A stretch of DNA of 64,000 nucleotides from a virus, in IMG/VR virus record IMGVR_UViG_3300045988_126226, positions 67,035-131,034 of that record. One strand, given 5' to 3'. Both the position numbers and the translations under genes were made by a program. Below are positions 62,001 through 64,000 of this stretch, piece by piece. Within the stretch, counting starts at the first letter, position 1; each line of letters begins with the position of its first letter. Below the pieces are notes generated by a model. That model worked only from the letters and a program-made list of their open reading frames with translations, was not told the DNA's origin and ran no database searches.

Positions 62001-64000
62001 TATCAAATTTTTTAGCAGCTTTACCAGTTATTCCAAACTATTGCTTTAAAGCTTGAATTTGAGCACTTACTTCAATTGCAGTATCAGATAATAAATCCTT
62101 TGCATTTACATTTTCTAATTTTTCAAATTCTTTTCTGAATTTTTCTGCACTCAATTTTCCACTCTCAAAACGAGATGATAAGCTTCTTACTTTCTTGGCA
62201 GATTTTGTTAAATGTACCTAATCTAATGCTTTAGCTAATACATTAAATTCAGTATGGAGTTCAGTAGATTTATTTTTTAAAGTCCCAATTTTTTCATTAA
62301 TAGTATCTAAAGCAACTGATCCTTGGCGTCCTACATCTACCACATCATTTAAACTTTGTCTTACTTGTGAATAACTTTTTAAATTATTTTCTACATTACC
62401 ATTCGTAGAATCATTTCTTATAATTGATCTTAAGCTAGTATTAATACTCTGTAACTCTTCAGTTACCTAATCTTTAGCCTAGGCAGCTTTAACAACCTAG
62501 TCTCCATAAGCCTAATTAATTTTAATTAAATTTTCTAACTATTCTCTTTCCTATGTAGTTATATTTCCAGAAATCTTCTAAATTTCTTTTTTTAACTCTA
62601 AAGTATATTTTAATTGTTCTCCAGAAATAGCATCTGCTTCAGTGACATTATTAAAAGCCATATTAGAAGCTCTAGAATAAGCTTCTTCTTTCATCTATTC
62701 AGCAGAACGTTTAGTTTGACCTAATAGAGATTGTATTCCAAAGCCAATATTACTTAATCCTTGGGCAATCTACTAATTAAAAACTTTAGTAAAAATTACT
62801 CCAACCGCAGCAATTACTCCAGGTAATCCACCCATACTTTTTATTAGATCATTTATTTTATCTAAAACATCAGCCAATAAATCATTTAATGTAATAAAAA
62901 ATTTATCATTAATTAACTCTGCATAAATTCCTTGAGCTGCTGCCTTTACACGATCTCTTGCGGCTTCCCAAGACTCTGCATAAATATCTGCCTATTTTTG
63001 AAGAGAACCATCAGCATTCTATGCTCTTTCAAGATTTTCTTGATAAAAATCAAAATTATCCATTAAAGCAATTAATTGATTATATTGACGGATACCAGCT
63101 ACTTGTTGAGCTAAAGCTATCTATTGATCTTTACTAATTGTTGACCATTTATGACCCAATTCATCAAGAATGAGATCCATATCTTTTAATTGTCCATTAG
63201 AGTCTTTAATATTAATTCCAACTTTTTCAAGAGCTTGTGAATATTGATTTAATGTAGTGCCATCTTCAAGAGTTTCACCAAGCTTTAAACCTTGAATACG
63301 GGCAAAAATAGTCTTTAAGGAAGTACCTACTACATCTTCACTCTAACGGGTAGTAGCAGTAATAGTTGCTAATGCAGCAGCCGCATTGTCAAAACTTAAA
63401 CCAATCGTATTAGCAACAGCCGCGAATTTCTCAAGGCCGCCAACGATTTCATCAGTACTAGATGCAGTATCAGCACCTAAACGTACCATTGCATCAGCAT
63501 AATGCTCTAATGACTAACTTCCATCATAGAAATTATTCCAAACTGCTGTCATTTGGTCTGAAACTATTTCAGCGCTCTAACGAGCGACATTAGCCATTTT
63601 TATAGTAATATCAGTACGTTCTTTTACCTATTCATCATCTAAACCCTACTGATAATAAATTAAAGCAGCATCAGTATATTCAGTCGTAGTTGTACTTAAA
63701 GCCTTAGCAGCAATATTTGCCTATTTAGCAAATTTGGCCATCTAATCAGTGCTCTAACCAGTAACAATACGAATATTATTTAAAGATTCATTTAAATCTT
63801 CCGCATAACGATAAGCACTCGAAATTGCTCCAGTAAAACTATGCAATGCGCTAGAAGAAATCTGCCAACGAGCAGTATTCTTCATAACAATCCACATTTC
63901 AGAAACTAAAGCACTCGTTCTCTTTAATGGAACATCAGCTTCAATAATAGATTGAGCCAAAGACATAAAAGCTTTTTGTCCTTCTGACCCTAATTCCATT
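56053..64000 (-). CDS. Tail tape measure protein; 3' part, runs off the window (over 2650 codons), TAG-dense
   Basis: All - strand ORF fragments from 56404 to 63999 lie in one frame (position mod 3 = 1). The sequence is helical, Ala/Lys/Glu-rich and TMP-like; TAA at 56053. Confidence 0.55.

Noticed and set aside
1-64000. CRISPR arrays, rRNA, tRNA, integrase or attachment sites
   Set aside because: No direct-repeat or spacer periodicity and no rRNA or tRNA-like GC islands were found outside coding sequence. No integrase or recombinase gene is seen in this window, so prophage versus lytic status cannot be decided here.

Overview
The window reads as a contiguous stretch of a tailed-phage (Caudoviricetes) genome, free or integrated. 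It is very AT-rich (about 29% GC) and packed with overlapping, RBS-preceded genes. Positions 1-26150 on the + strand carry an early replication and nucleotide-metabolism module: Sak4-like ATPase, DnaB-like helicase, DnaG-like primase, RecJ-like DHH exonuclease, RecD-like helicase, DnaE-type Pol III alpha, guanylate-kinase-like enzyme, anaerobic ribonucleotide reductase NrdD/NrdG, dUTPase, RuvC-like resolvase, and several nuclease genes (GIY-YIG, HNH, Vsr-like). It is driven by near-consensus TTGACA-17-TATAAT promoters and punctuated by clean hairpin terminators. Positions 26200-64000 on the - strand carry a late module: a small-protein cluster, tail fibers, paralogous tail proteins, one giant ORF of about 2582 codons, and a tape measure gene that runs off the window after more than 2650 codons. 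The central observation is that TAG (amber) is not a stop here. In-frame TAG codons interrupt clearly continuous, conserved proteins: the DnaE PHP and finger motifs continue across TAG at 18066-68, RecJ DHH motif I sits immediately after a TAG, and the NrdD ATP-cone continues into the glycine-radical domain across a TAG. Genes terminate only at TAA or TGA. This explains the fragmented six-frame track, so all calls below read through TAG (most likely Gln, as in known TAG-recoded phages). TAG density is low in early genes and very high in late structural genes. No tRNA, CRISPR or rRNA is visible in this window, and a suppressor tRNA would have to lie elsewhere in the genome. Coordinates of TAG-spanning genes were derived by hand-scanning frames and may be off by a few nt.
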